A stretch of DNA of 64,000 nt, from the NCBI GenBank assembly GCA_013626165.1, contig NDHX01000003.1, positions 115-64,114 of the forward strand, written 5' to 3'. Shown piece after piece: positions 47,800 to 58,229 of this stretch (the first letter of the stretch is position 1; every line of letters begins with the position of its first letter). The DNA comes from Candidatus Velesiimonas alkalicola (lineage in GTDB: Bacteria > Omnitrophota > Gorgyraeia > Velesiimonadales > Velesiimonadaceae). Under the pieces are notes generated by a model. The model was given only the letters and a program-made list of their open reading frames with translations. It was not told where the DNA came from and did no database searches. A program made the position numbers and the translations under genes.

Positions 47800-48888
47800 T
47801 TATCTTAGTTTTAATGTGGCAAGCGCAAGAAGTGAAAATACACCGGCCAATATCCAGAACCTGACCATAATCTTGGGCTCTTTGGCCCCCGATAATTCAA
47901 AATGGTGATGTATGGGAGACATAAGAAATACTCTTTTCTTTCTTATCTTACAGGATACCACCTGAACAACAACAGACAGGACCTCCATAAAAAAAACACC
48001 GCCTGCAATAAGAAGAACTATCTCTTTTTTCAATATAAGAGCAAGAATTGCAAATAAACCGCCGATTGCAAGTGAACCTGTATCGCCCATAAATACCTGT
48101 GCGGGGTATGTATTAAACCATAGAAATCCTAACATTGTTCCTGCTATGGCTACACAGAATACCGTAAGCTCACCTGAACCGGGTATATAATTAAAAATAA
48201 GGTAATCACTTATCACCCTGTGTCCTACAACATAAGAAAACACCGCATATGTAAGTGCAAGTATCACGGTACAACCTGATGCAAGCCCATCAATACCGTC
48301 TGTTATATTTACAGCATTTGATGCCACTGTAATAAGAAGTATAGCAAATGGTATATATAAAAAACCTATATCTATAATAAGATCTTTGAAGAAGGGTATC
48401 TCTATACCTGAAGAAACCATAGGGTCCAGATAAAGAATACAACCTATGATTAAGCCTAAAACCGCCTGTCCATAAATTTTGGCTCTAGCACTTAAACCTT
48501 TTTTTCCGTTGTTTTTCAATTTCAGACGATCATCAAGTATGCCTATAAAACCAAGCCACAGTGTACTTAAAACCACAACAATAATATATGGATTTAATAT
48601 ATCCGCCCACAGTAGTGTTGTAGCAAGTATTGCAGGGACAATTATTATGCCACCCATTGTAGGTATGCCCTGTTTATGTTTATGGAGTTGATGAAGTCCC
48701 GGGGCATCTTGTTCTGTCCTTATATTTTCTTTTAAGCGCATCTTCTCAAGAAATCTTATCCATCTTTTCCCCGTAAGAAGACAGAATAAAAATGCAAATA
48801 CACCTGCCATAAATGCTCTGAAAGTAATATACCTGAATATATTAAAACCGAAGAATATGTCTTTTAATTCCCAGAGGTAATAAAACAT
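47800..48888 (-). CDS. mraY: Phospho-MurNAc-pentapeptide transferase
   Basis: PTMGG, NAVNITDGIDGL, FMGDTGSL, PIHHHFE. Confidence 0.97.
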   Translation of the reverse strand: MFYYLWELKDIFFGFNIFRYITFRAFMAGVFAFLFCLLTGKRWIRFLEKMRLKENIRTEQDAPGLHQLHKHKQGIPTMGGIIIVPAILATTLLWADILNPYIIVVVLSTLWLGFIGILDDRLKLKNNGKKGLSARAKIYGQAVLGLIIGCILYLDPMVSSGIEIPFFKDLIIDIGFLYIPFAILLITVASNAVNITDGIDGLASGCTVILALTYAVFSYVVGHRVISDYLIFNYIPGSGELTVFCVAIAGTMLGFLWFNTYPAQVFMGDTGSLAIGGLFAILALILKKEIVLLIAGGVFFMEVLSVVVQVVSCKIRKKRVFLMSPIHHHFELSGAKEPKIMVRFWILAGVFSLLALATLKLR

Positions 48889-50258
48889 TTAAGTATCCTT
48901 TCCATCCGTATAGTTCTTGAACCCTTTATAAGCACACAGTCGCCGGGTTTTATAATCTCGGACAATATTTTTGATGTAGAACTTATATCATCAACACAAA
49001 ATATTTTTTTAAAAGGTATCCCATCCTTTGCTGACTGAGCAATAAATTTAGCCGCCTTACCAACTGTTATAAGAAAATCTATATCTTGTTTTGCAATTCT
49101 TCTGCCTACATTTATATGAAAAGATTTTGAAAACCTTCCAAGTTCTTTCATATCTCCGAGAATTATTATTCTTCTACCTTTGCATTCTTTTTGCTTAAAA
49201 ACCTCAATAGCGACGTGGACCGCATCCGGATTTGAGTTATAACAGTCCATGAGAAAATTAACACCTCTTATATTTTCCCACTTGAGTCTAAGAGGAAGAG
49301 GCGCCATATCAGATACCGAAGAACAGAACACCTTTTCTTCTATGCCAAGCAAAGAGGAAACAGCAGCAGCGGCACAGGCATTCAGCACATTGTGCCGCCC
49401 ACACAATTTAAGACTTACATCATATTTCCCGTTTAACTTAAAATCTATTTTTTCCGATGATTCTGTTATATCGGATGGATAAAAATCAGACAGTGAATTT
49501 TCTCCAAATGTTTTAAAATTTATATTCAATAACCTTGCAAGTTTTATAACACCATCTTCACAAAAAGGCAGAACAGCAGATGCGCCAGCAGAAAGGGATT
49601 CCAGGAGACTTGATTTTTCTTTTCTTACATTATAAACCGAACCAAAAAAACCGATATGTGCTTTTCCTATGTTTGTAAGAACAGCTATGGTGGGCTTGCA
49701 GATACCTGTAAGATACCTGGTCTCGCCCGGACGATTTATACCAAGCTCAAGAACAACATTTTTGTAAGAAGGCGTTAAGCCAAGAAGTGTAAGCGGAAGC
49801 CCTATATCATTATTACAGGTACCTGGTGTTTTAAGAACAGGCCCTGAATATTCAAGGCACCTTGCAGACATTTCTTTTGTTGTTGTTTTACCGCAACTTC
49901 CTGTTATTGCTACAACCGGTACAGTGAACCTTTCCCTGTGAAATCTTGCAAGCATCCCGAGTGCTTTTCTGGTATCATCTGTTTTTATTAAAGCACAAGG
50001 GGCCTGGACAGAAACATCACGGCATACTATTGCTCCTGTGCATCCTGAGGATACAGCATCCCGCACAAAGATATGCCCATCAAAATTATTGCCTTTTATC
50101 GCAATAAATAAAGAGCCGGGCTTGCACATCCTGCTGTCAATCAATACACCGTTAAATAATATATTTCTTTCACAGGGATGAATAAGAATCCCCCCTGTTG
50201 CTTCTAAAACATCTTCAAGAGAAAAACAAACATCCGAATAGTTTATAGAATCTTCCAT
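48864..50258 (-). CDS. murF: UDP-MurNAc-tripeptide--D-Ala-D-Ala ligase
   Basis: TGSCGKTTTKE, NNDIGLP, DCYNSNP, GDMKELG, KGSR. Confidence 0.95.
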   Translation of the reverse strand: MEDSINYSDVCFSLEDVLEATGGILIHPCERNILFNGVLIDSRMCKPGSLFIAIKGNNFDGHIFVRDAVSSGCTGAIVCRDVSVQAPCALIKTDDTRKALGMLARFHRERFTVPVVAITGSCGKTTTKEMSARCLEYSGPVLKTPGTCNNDIGLPLTLLGLTPSYKNVVLELGINRPGETRYLTGICKPTIAVLTNIGKAHIGFFGSVYNVRKEKSSLLESLSAGASAVLPFCEDGVIKLARLLNINFKTFGENSLSDFYPSDITESSEKIDFKLNGKYDVSLKLCGRHNVLNACAAAAVSSLLGIEEKVFCSSVSDMAPLPLRLKWENIRGVNFLMDCYNSNPDAVHVAIEVFKQKECKGRRIIILGDMKELGRFSKSFHINVGRRIAKQDIDFLITVGKAAKFIAQSAKDGIPFKKIFCVDDISSTSKILSEIIKPGDCVLIKGSRTIRMERILKCFITSGN

Positions 50259-50410
50259 GGTATTAACAGGTTAAGGTTTCAGGGTTTCAGGGTTTTAGGG
50301 TTTCAAGGATTCTACTACGATTTAATCTTGATGTTTTACCCTTGATACCTCGATCCCTTAATGCCTTGACGCCTAAATATTAAATTAAACTATAACCATA
50401 CTTAAAGATA

Positions 50411-51856
50411 TTACTTATTGACTATATTTCCCGCCTCTTCCCTGTCATCAAAAGGGACTACTGTATCTTTAAGTGTCTGATAGGTTTCATGCCCTTTGCC
50501 CGCTATAAGAACAATATCTCCCTGTTTTGCGTTTTGTATTGCAGTTCTTATTGCCTCTTTTCTGTCTACAATAATATTATAATCTACGCTGTGATTGAGC
50601 CCTGCTTCAATATCCTTACATATGTCCAGAGCATTCTCTGTCCTCGGATTATCACTTGTAATGATTACATAATCTGCGCCTTCACCTGCAGTCTTGCCCA
50701 TCTTCGGTCTTTTGGTCTTGTCTCTATCTCCGCCGGCACCAAATACAACAATAATTCTTCCATCTTTTTTTATATCCTTTAATGTTTGAAGCACATTTTT
50801 CAAAGCATCATCTGTGTGCGCATAGTCAACATATATCATTATGCCTTTATTATTTTCTACTGGTTCCATTCTTCCCGGAATTCCTTTTAATGCTTTTATG
50901 CCCTCTTCTATGTTTTCTTTTTTAACACCTTCACATATTGCAGCCCCTATGCAACCCATTATATTATAAACATTGTATCTGCCAATGATATTAGATTCAA
51001 TTCTTAACAACCCCACAGGTGTGTTTATACTTCCATACATACCACTTTTTAAAATTTTTATATCCACAGGATATATCTGTGCATTGTTCCCAAATCCATA
51101 TGTCATGATACTTACCTTTGTTCTTTGTGACAGAATATTAAAACTGTTGTCATCAATATTTAAAACCGCATATGAATTATTTGAAAGCATTTCAAATAGT
51201 TTCGACTCGGCATCTAAATAAGAATTCATATCCTTATGATAATCAAGATGTTCCGGTGTAAGATTTGTAAATACCGCACACCTAAAGTTTATACCATCCA
51301 CACGCCCCTGGTCAAGAGAATGAGAAGAAACCTCCATACAACAATACTTGCAATCTTGGTCCCTGATTGAAGCAAGGAGCGCCTGTAATTCAACAGGACC
51401 GGGCGTAGTATTTGTTGCGGGAATTGAACGGCCTTTAAACCTATAACTTATGGTACCTATCACACCAACAGAAAATCCCTGCGTCTTAAGAACTGATTCT
51501 AAAAGATATGTTGTTGTTGTTTTCCCGTTTGTTCCTGTTACACCTATTACCCTTAAAGATTCTGAGGGATTAAAATAAAATGTCTTTAAAATACTTATCA
51601 ACGATTTATGACTGTCCTTAACCTGAACATAAGAAACACCGTTATTAACTTTTTCCTCACACACTACAACAACTGCACCCCTGTGCACAGCATCTTTTAT
51701 AAACCTGTGCCCATCGGTATGGACACCCTTTACTGCAACAAAACAATACCCTTCCCTTACAAGTCTTGAATCACTTACTATGCCTTTAATATCTATACTG
51801 CTGTTGCAATTTTTGAATATAACACTTATATTTTTCAAAAGATTTTGCAGTTCCAT
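50411..51856 (-). CDS. murE: UDP-MurNAc-dipeptide--DAP ligase
   Basis: TGTNGKTT, MEVSSH, VDYAHT, DNPR, AGKGHE. Confidence 0.97.
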   Translation of the reverse strand: MELQNLLKNISVIFKNCNSSIDIKGIVSDSRLVREGYCFVAVKGVHTDGHRFIKDAVHRGAVVVVCEEKVNNGVSYVQVKDSHKSLISILKTFYFNPSESLRVIGVTGTNGKTTTTYLLESVLKTQGFSVGVIGTISYRFKGRSIPATNTTPGPVELQALLASIRDQDCKYCCMEVSSHSLDQGRVDGINFRCAVFTNLTPEHLDYHKDMNSYLDAESKLFEMLSNNSYAVLNIDDNSFNILSQRTKVSIMTYGFGNNAQIYPVDIKILKSGMYGSINTPVGLLRIESNIIGRYNVYNIMGCIGAAICEGVKKENIEEGIKALKGIPGRMEPVENNKGIMIYVDYAHTDDALKNVLQTLKDIKKDGRIIVVFGAGGDRDKTKRPKMGKTAGEGADYVIITSDNPRTENALDICKDIEAGLNHSVDYNIIVDRKEAIRTAIQNAKQGDIVLIAGKGHETYQTLKDTVVPFDDREEAGNIVNK

Positions 51857-51950
51857 ACATTCTCCTTATCTAATCCTGCCTTGTCTCTGCCTGTCTTTTA
51901 AGATAAAGGTCCCAACAAGACAGGGCTCCTAAGTTGCACAACAGGCAAAT

Positions 51951-53675
51951 CTACCGCAAGGCACGAGAACGCAATTGTGCTATTGTTGTAGATGTTTCTT
52001 GTAAGGATTCGTCCACCATGTAGGCTAAAATTTTCTGGCAAACCTCTTTAAATACAGGGGCTGCAACAACACTGCCGAAGGGCGAGGTTTGTGGTTCATC
52101 AATGACAACAACCCCGGCTATAGATATATCGTCTGTTTTTACATATCCGACAAATGACGCAATAAATTTATCAGCAGAATATCTACCGTCAGCACCTATC
52201 TTCTGTGCTGTTCCTGTTTTTCCGGCCACCAAAACCCCGGGTATTTTTGCACGAAAACCAGTCCCTCTTTCAACAACCCCTGTAAGTATCTCCTCCATTA
52301 GACCTGCTGTCCGTTCTGATATAACTCTCCTGGCGGGCAATCTTTTAGGCATCCACCGAACACCACCGTCATTAGACTGAAAATAATCTGTAATGTAGGG
52401 TTGAACCCAGTATCCGCCATTTGCAATAGTAGATATCATACTATATAACTGTATACCCGTAACACCTACTTCCTGCCCCATAGGTATACACCATTCTGAT
52501 GTTTTACTCCATTTAGAAACAGGTCTTATAAGACCCCTTACCTCACCCGGCATATCAATGCCTGTTTTTTTCCCAAATCCAAAACCATCTATATATTTAT
52601 ATAGTTTATCAGGACCCAGCATCATAGCAATTTTTGCTGTCCCTATGTTTGAAGATTGTTCAATTACTTCTTTAAATGTCAACCAACCAAAAGGTTTGTG
52701 GTCGCGAAGTCTAAACCTTCCGATGTTGTAAATTCCCTGTTCACAATAAAACCTATCCTGTAGTTCAACTATTTCCTCTTCTATTGCAGCCGATGCTGTT
52801 ACAACTTTAAATGAAGAACCAGGCTCAAAGATATCTGTTACAGGAAAATTTCTTTTTGATTCCGCAGATAATGAAAAGGGAGTATTTGGATCAAATGATG
52901 GGTAACGAACAAATGTTATAATTTCACCTGTTTTTGGAAAACCCGTTATAATAAATCCTCTTTTAGCGCCTGTCTGTAGCACAGCCTTTTTTAAGGCTTC
53001 ATATGCTATATTCTGATATATTGCATCAAGCGATAAAACCACTTCCAAACCGTTTTTAACATCAATATTTTTATCAGGAAGAGCCTTAAATCTTCTTCCT
53101 CTTGCATCAACAGAATAATATTCAAAACCCCTGCTCCCAGAAAGAAGGCTATCCCAGTGTTTTTCTAACCCCTCAATGCCTTTGTTATCAATATCAGAGT
53201 ATCCAACAATACTAAAAAGTTCAGAAGTAGGATATACCCTTTTTCTTTCTTCACGCACACCAAGCCCTTCAATTTTCAACGCCCTTATAGAATCCCCTGT
53301 TTGTGTATCTGTTTTTCTTTTAATCCAAACAAAATTTTTGTCCGATGTGATTCTTGATTTTAACACATCCTCTTTTATATCTAATTTTTCTGAAAGAATG
53401 CGGGATACTTTTTTTACATCTGATATTTTTTTAGGATGAACATACACGGATGTGGTAAGAATTGAGGTTGCAATCTTCCTGCCTCTGCGGTCAAGAATAT
53501 CTCCTCTGTGGGGTTCAACGCGTACTCTAGAAGTATGCTGAGATGCAGCAAGATTTTTATAAAATTTATTTTGAAATACTTGCAGATAAAATATTCTGAC
53601 ACCCAATATAAAAAATATAAAGATGCAAGAAAAAAATACAATAATAGATCTTGATTTATGCTGTTGGTTATACAT
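51951..53675 (-). CDS. ftsI: Class B penicillin-binding protein FtsI
   Basis: RGDILDR, EPGSSFK, SSN, GKTGTAQ. Confidence 0.93.
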   Translation of the reverse strand: MYNQQHKSRSIIVFFSCIFIFFILGVRIFYLQVFQNKFYKNLAASQHTSRVRVEPHRGDILDRRGRKIATSILTTSVYVHPKKISDVKKVSRILSEKLDIKEDVLKSRITSDKNFVWIKRKTDTQTGDSIRALKIEGLGVREERKRVYPTSELFSIVGYSDIDNKGIEGLEKHWDSLLSGSRGFEYYSVDARGRRFKALPDKNIDVKNGLEVVLSLDAIYQNIAYEALKKAVLQTGAKRGFIITGFPKTGEIITFVRYPSFDPNTPFSLSAESKRNFPVTDIFEPGSSFKVVTASAAIEEEIVELQDRFYCEQGIYNIGRFRLRDHKPFGWLTFKEVIEQSSNIGTAKIAMMLGPDKLYKYIDGFGFGKKTGIDMPGEVRGLIRPVSKWSKTSEWCIPMGQEVGVTGIQLYSMISTIANGGYWVQPYITDYFQSNDGGVRWMPKRLPARRVISERTAGLMEEILTGVVERGTGFRAKIPGVLVAGKTGTAQKIGADGRYSADKFIASFVGYVKTDDISIAGVVVIDEPQTSPFGSVVAAPVFKEVCQKILAYMVDESLQETSTTIAQLRSRALR

Positions 53676-53750
53676 ATCTGCTTTCTTCTTCGCGCAGGCG
53701 AGCCTATCTGCTGAAAGGCTTAAAGGGTTATTGGCAAAATGAATTGAGCG

Positions 53751-53795
53751 GTCTAATTTTGCTATAATCCCCGATGTTAAATGATAAATGTCAAA
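53751..53795. repeat. 45-bp dispersed repeat shared with 3652-3696
   Basis: GTCTAATTTTGCTATAATC(C/T)CCGATGTTAAATGA(T/C)AAATGTCAAA, 2 mismatches. Confidence 0.85.
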
Positions 53796-53872
53796 GAGAA
53801 AACCAGGTGCTCATTTTCATCTTGCATATAGTCCTTCCCCTGCTCTTTTTTGGAAAGGCAGGGTTCATTCCC

Positions 53873-54235
53873 TTATCTTCTATCTTGTGCTTGTGTTTGT
53901 GGAAATATAAAACTATATACCTTGTTAAATATTGTTTTTTCTTCCGCCATTTGCCGTGTAGAACTTACAGGTATGTAAAAAGTATTGGTATTGTCACTTA
54001 AAACATAATTTTCCTTATCCTTCCCTAAAATGTTTGACAGAACAATTGGAGACCGCATTGTTTCTTTTATATAATCAAGATGTCTCCTTTCGTTAGAAAG
54101 AATTATGTTTTCCTGTAATATTTTTTTCTCCCTGTAACCATTAACAATAATCTGTGTTCTTTGATGGACATAAATAAGAGAAACACAGGTGATAAACAAA
54201 ACAAAAAACAAAAGCCTTCCCTTTTTCATAATCAC
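53873..54235 (-). CDS. FtsL-like bitopic membrane protein
   Basis: One TM plus a short coil; between rsmH and ftsI. Confidence 0.65.
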   Translation of the reverse strand: MIMKKGRLLFFVLFITCVSLIYVHQRTQIIVNGYREKKILQENIILSNERRHLDYIKETMRSPIVLSNILGKDKENYVLSDNTNTFYIPVSSTRQMAEEKTIFNKVYSFIFPQTQAQDRR

Positions 54236-55128
54236 CTCTTTTCTGCCGCTCTTAATATTGAGCTTCTTGCTCTGGGATTTACCCTTGTTTCTTCAAGAGA
54301 CGGTCTTATGGGTTTTGTAGTTAAGATATTTATAATTCCCTGTTTTTCATATTTTTTGAAAGTCCGTTTAACAATTCTGTCCTCTAATGAATGAAAAGAT
54401 ATGACACAGATCCTTCCGCATCTTGCCAGGACTTGAATTGCCTTGGGAAGAGATTTTTCAAGTGTGCTGAGTTCTTCATTTACGGCAATCCTGAGTGCCT
54501 GAAATGTTCTTGTCGCAGGATGTATCTTTCCCCTTTTTTTAATCACACTAAGAATAATATTTGATAACTCAAAAGTCGTTTTTATCGGATGTTTTTTTCT
54601 CTTCTCAATAATCCCGGAAGCAACCTTCCTTGAAAATCTCTCGCCGCCGTAATTGAATAAAACATCTGCAATTTCATCTTTTGTCCATCTATTCACAATT
54701 GTATATGCAGACAAATCCTGCTCTTTATCCATCCTCATATCAAGAGGACCGTCCACGGAAAAACTAAATCCTCTCCGGGCACTGTCAATTTGAAAAGATG
54801 AAACTCCCAAATCAAAAAGCATTCCGTCAAAACTTTTTATCTTTCCTGTCAAAGGCAAACTATGAAGCGTATCTAATATAGAATCAATACCTACAAAGTC
54901 CTTTTTAAAAAGAAAAAAATGCCCCTCAAACTCTTTAAGATTTTGTCCGGCAATGCGTAAAATATCTTCATCCTTATCAATGCCTATCAGTATCCCGTCA
55001 GGCATTATCCTTTGAAGAATTTCTTTTGAATGCCCACCGGCACCAACAGTGCAATCAAGCATAAAAAAACCGTTCCTGGGCTTAAGGTAATCCAGAACCT
55101 CTTTTAACAGGACAGGAATATGGACCAT
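54232..55128 (-). CDS. rsmH: 16S rRNA m4C1402 methyltransferase
   Basis: HIPVLL, GAGGHS, DLGVSS, PLDMRM, FQALRIAVN, SFHSLEDR. Confidence 0.97.
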   Translation of the reverse strand: MVHIPVLLKEVLDYLKPRNGFFMLDCTVGAGGHSKEILQRIMPDGILIGIDKDEDILRIAGQNLKEFEGHFFLFKKDFVGIDSILDTLHSLPLTGKIKSFDGMLFDLGVSSFQIDSARRGFSFSVDGPLDMRMDKEQDLSAYTIVNRWTKDEIADVLFNYGGERFSRKVASGIIEKRKKHPIKTTFELSNIILSVIKKRGKIHPATRTFQALRIAVNEELSTLEKSLPKAIQVLARCGRICVISFHSLEDRIVKRTFKKYEKQGIINILTTKPIRPSLEETRVNPRARSSILRAAEKR

Positions 55129-55143
55129 ATTAGTCTGTGTCTT

Positions 55144-55572
55144 TTATAATCTTTCTGCAATCTCTTCAAAACTATCTTCCGATTCTTTTTTAAACACTTC
55201 CCACTTTTTAGGATCCCAGATTTCAAAATAATGTGAAACCCCTATAATCTTTGCATCATTTTTAAGTTCTGCATATTTTTTCAAATAATCAGGTATCAAT
55301 ATCCTTCCCTGAGAATCCATTTCTGTTTCAGATACCCCACTAAAGAATAACCTCTGAAACCTTCTTGCATCCTTTCTTTGAAATGGCATTGACTTTAACC
55401 TTTCCTCTTCTTTTCTCCACCCTGATTCTGCAAATCCCATAAGACATCCTTCAAGCCCTCTTGTTATAAAAAATTTTGAAGATACCTCTTCCTGCAAAAC
55501 ACGTTTAAATTTTGAAGGAACAAACAGCCGTCCTTTGTTATCTATCTTATAATTGTATTCGCCGTAAAACAC
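55144..55572 (-). CDS. mraZ: Transcriptional regulator MraZ
   Basis: IDNKGRL, MDSQGRI, FEIW; probable GTG start at 55572. Confidence 0.95.
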   Translation of the reverse strand: MFYGEYNYKIDNKGRLFVPSKFKRVLQEEVSSKFFITRGLEGCLMGFAESGWRKEEERLKSMPFQRKDARRFQRLFFSGVSETEMDSQGRILIPDYLKKYAELKNDAKIIGVSHYFEIWDPKKWEVFKKESEDSFEEIAERL

Positions 55573-55574
55573 TA

Positions 55575-55602
55575 TCCACCACTTTCCACCACTTTCCACC
55601 AC
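55575..55602 (-). promoter_or_regulatory. MraZ-binding (dcw) direct repeats
   Basis: Three 10-bp-period GTGGTGGA repeats immediately upstream of mraZ. Confidence 0.82.
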
Positions 55603-55741
55603 AAATCTACCATATAAAATAAACCCTGTCAAGTATTTTTTTTGAAATTTTTTTTTCAATAAAAAGGACAAGATAAAAAGGCAAAAAAGACTGTCTGTTT
55701 TGGATAGGACATGATGCTTGTTGTAGGGAGTGCTGTTGAGT

Positions 55742-56881
55742 TTAATTGATGAGAGAGATTATTTTTTGCAGATCTTGTTTTTTATGATGGTATGTTATTG
55801 AAAATCTTATTCTGGATGTGCCTTCAGGCACAGTGGGAGGCCTTACTGAGAAAACCCAGAATCCATTTTCCAGAAGCAATGATGCTGTTTTTTGTGTATT
55901 AGTATTATCACCTGTAATCAAAGGAACAATCTGTGAATTTCCGATAATTTTATAACCTTTTGTTTTTAAAGACTCTCTTAAAAAATCGGATAATTCAAGT
56001 ACGGTTTTTCTTCTTTCAGGTTCTTTTTCTATTAAATCCAGTCCCGCAAGATTGCAGGCAGATATAAAGGGAGGAAGAGCGGTTGAATATATAAAACTTC
56101 TGGATGTGTTTATAATGTAACTGGCTATCTTTTTTGATGTTGCAAGATACCCGCCATAACCAGCCAGTGCCTTGCTGAAAGTTCCCATTATTAACTCTAC
56201 ATCAGAACAAAGCCCTTCTTCTTCAATCATACCGGAACCGTTTCTGCCATATATACCTGTTGAATGGGCTTCATCAACCATAAGATAAGAATCATATCTG
56301 TTTTTCAGACCGACAATATTTTTCAAATCTGCCCTGTCCCCATCCATACTAAATATGGTTTCAGTAATTATCATTGAGGTCTTATACTGTTTTCTTTTTT
56401 GTTTAAGAAGACTTTCAAGGTGGTTCGTATCATTATGTCTGAACCTGAACAGTTTTGAACCCGAAAGTATAATCCCGTCAATAATACTTGCATGACAGGC
56501 CTTGTCGGCAAAAACAACATCCTGTGTTGATAACAAAGAACTTAAAATCCCTATGTTTGCCTGATATCCTGTATTAAACACAACGGCGGACTCTTTGCCC
56601 TTGAACCTGGCAACCCTTTCCTCTAGTCTGTGATGAATCTGAAAATCTCCACCTAAAAGTCTTGATGCAGAAGAACAGGTGCCGAACATTGCAACAGCTT
56701 CTCTGACTTTTTCAATAAGATAGGGATGTGAAGACAGACCCAAATAATCATTTGAGGAAAAATCTATAAAAACCCTTTCGTCTGTATATATCTTCCCCTG
56801 TATCTTAAAAGAAAAGGGTCTCAACTCCCTTAAAAGTCCCCTTTCTTTTCTTTCTTCTAAAAACATTTCTATTTTTTTCAT
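55742..56881 (-). CDS. bioF: 8-amino-7-oxononanoate synthase
   Basis: SSNDYLGL, FRHND, FSMDGD, DEAH, GTFSKA, RPPTVP. Confidence 0.93.
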   Translation of the reverse strand: MKKIEMFLEERKERGLLRELRPFSFKIQGKIYTDERVFIDFSSNDYLGLSSHPYLIEKVREAVAMFGTCSSASRLLGGDFQIHHRLEERVARFKGKESAVVFNTGYQANIGILSSLLSTQDVVFADKACHASIIDGIILSGSKLFRFRHNDTNHLESLLKQKRKQYKTSMIITETIFSMDGDRADLKNIVGLKNRYDSYLMVDEAHSTGIYGRNGSGMIEEEGLCSDVELIMGTFSKALAGYGGYLATSKKIASYIINTSRSFIYSTALPPFISACNLAGLDLIEKEPERRKTVLELSDFLRESLKTKGYKIIGNSQIVPLITGDNTNTQKTASLLLENGFWVFSVRPPTVPEGTSRIRFSITYHHKKQDLQKIISLIN

Positions 56882-57019
56882 ATGTTTTTAATTATGGTAT
56901 ATTATAACATATGCGACTGTTTAGGTAGATAGACTGATAAGAAGATAGACTTTTAAAATAAACTACAAGGCTATAGAAAAAACCTGCAGCCTAACAGTCT
57001 ACAGCCTGAACAACCCGTT

Positions 57020-58210
57020 ATGGAAAAGACTATATCTATTATAGGTGGCGGAGCATCCGGAATGATTGCTTCAATATTTGCTGCAAAAAGCAATTCAAAA
57101 GTCATTCTATGGGAGAAAAAACAGGATTTAGGAAAGAAAATTCTTGTAACAGGAAACGGTAGATGTAATTTTACAAACAAAGACTTACGTTTATCACACT
57201 TTCATTGTAGGGATAAAAATTTTATAAAGCCGGCCCTTGATGCATTTGATAATAAGGCATCCGTTGATTTTTTTAATTCAATAGGTATTGATTCTTATTG
57301 TGATGAAAAAGGAAGGTTTTTCCCAAAATCAAATCAGGCATCTTCTGTTGTTTTTTGCCTTAAACAAAAAATCAAAGAACTTGGTGTAATAGAAAATACA
57401 GGTTGCGAAATAATAGGAATAAAACCTGTAAAAAACGGATTTAAAATATTTCAAAGAGGATGTTCTCATACCTGTAACAGGGTAATAATAAGTTGCGGCG
57501 GAAAAGCATATGAACAATCCTCCAATACTGATACAGGATATCAGATTGCACAATCACTTGGACACAGAGTAAGCCTATTAAAACCCGGACTTGTTCCAAT
57601 AGAAACCGAAGGAAGCTGGCCTCATACTCTACAGGGAATAAGGCTTGATGTTACGCTAACAATTCCTGAATGCGGACTTAAAATAACGGATGAAATCCTT
57701 TGGACAAAATATGGGATATCGGGTCCTGCTGCACTTTTTTCAAGCAGGTTTGTGAGCAGAAATTCAAATATAAATATTGACTTTCTGCCTTATGAAAATG
57801 ATATTGAAAAGAAACTGAAAAAAAGGATTTTGCTTCTTAAAAATAGAAAAGCATCGGATTTATTTATCGGCTTTCTACCTGATAGACTCGGGAGGTTTCT
57901 TATCTTTGTATCAGGTATTGCTTCTGATTTACCCTGTGAAAAGATTAAGAATAGTGATATGAAAAGACTTATAAAAAACTTAAAAAATTTTGAAATTAAA
58001 ATAAAAGGGCTAAGACCATTTAGAGAAGCGCAAACGACCTGTGGTGGAGTGGATGTATCAGAGGTCAGAGCCGATATAATGCAGTCTAAGATAATACCAA
58101 ATTTATTTTTTTGTGGAGAGATACTGGATGTAGATGCAGATACAGGAGGATATAACCTGCAGTGGGCATGGTCTTCTGGATTTGTTGCAGGAAATTCGGC
58201 GGGTCATTAA
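57020..58210 (+). CDS. HI0933/YhiN family flavoprotein
   Basis: GGGASG, KKILVTGNGRCNFTN, TGGYNLQWAWSSG. Confidence 0.93.
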   Translation: MEKTISIIGGGASGMIASIFAAKSNSKVILWEKKQDLGKKILVTGNGRCNFTNKDLRLSHFHCRDKNFIKPALDAFDNKASVDFFNSIGIDSYCDEKGRFFPKSNQASSVVFCLKQKIKELGVIENTGCEIIGIKPVKNGFKIFQRGCSHTCNRVIISCGGKAYEQSSNTDTGYQIAQSLGHRVSLLKPGLVPIETEGSWPHTLQGIRLDVTLTIPECGLKITDEILWTKYGISGPAALFSSRFVSRNSNINIDFLPYENDIEKKLKKRILLLKNRKASDLFIGFLPDRLGRFLIFVSGIASDLPCEKIKNSDMKRLIKNLKNFEIKIKGLRPFREAQTTCGGVDVSEVRADIMQSKIIPNLFFCGEILDVDADTGGYNLQWAWSSGFVAGNSAGH

Positions 58211-58229
58211 AAACTATAGAAGGAGGAAC

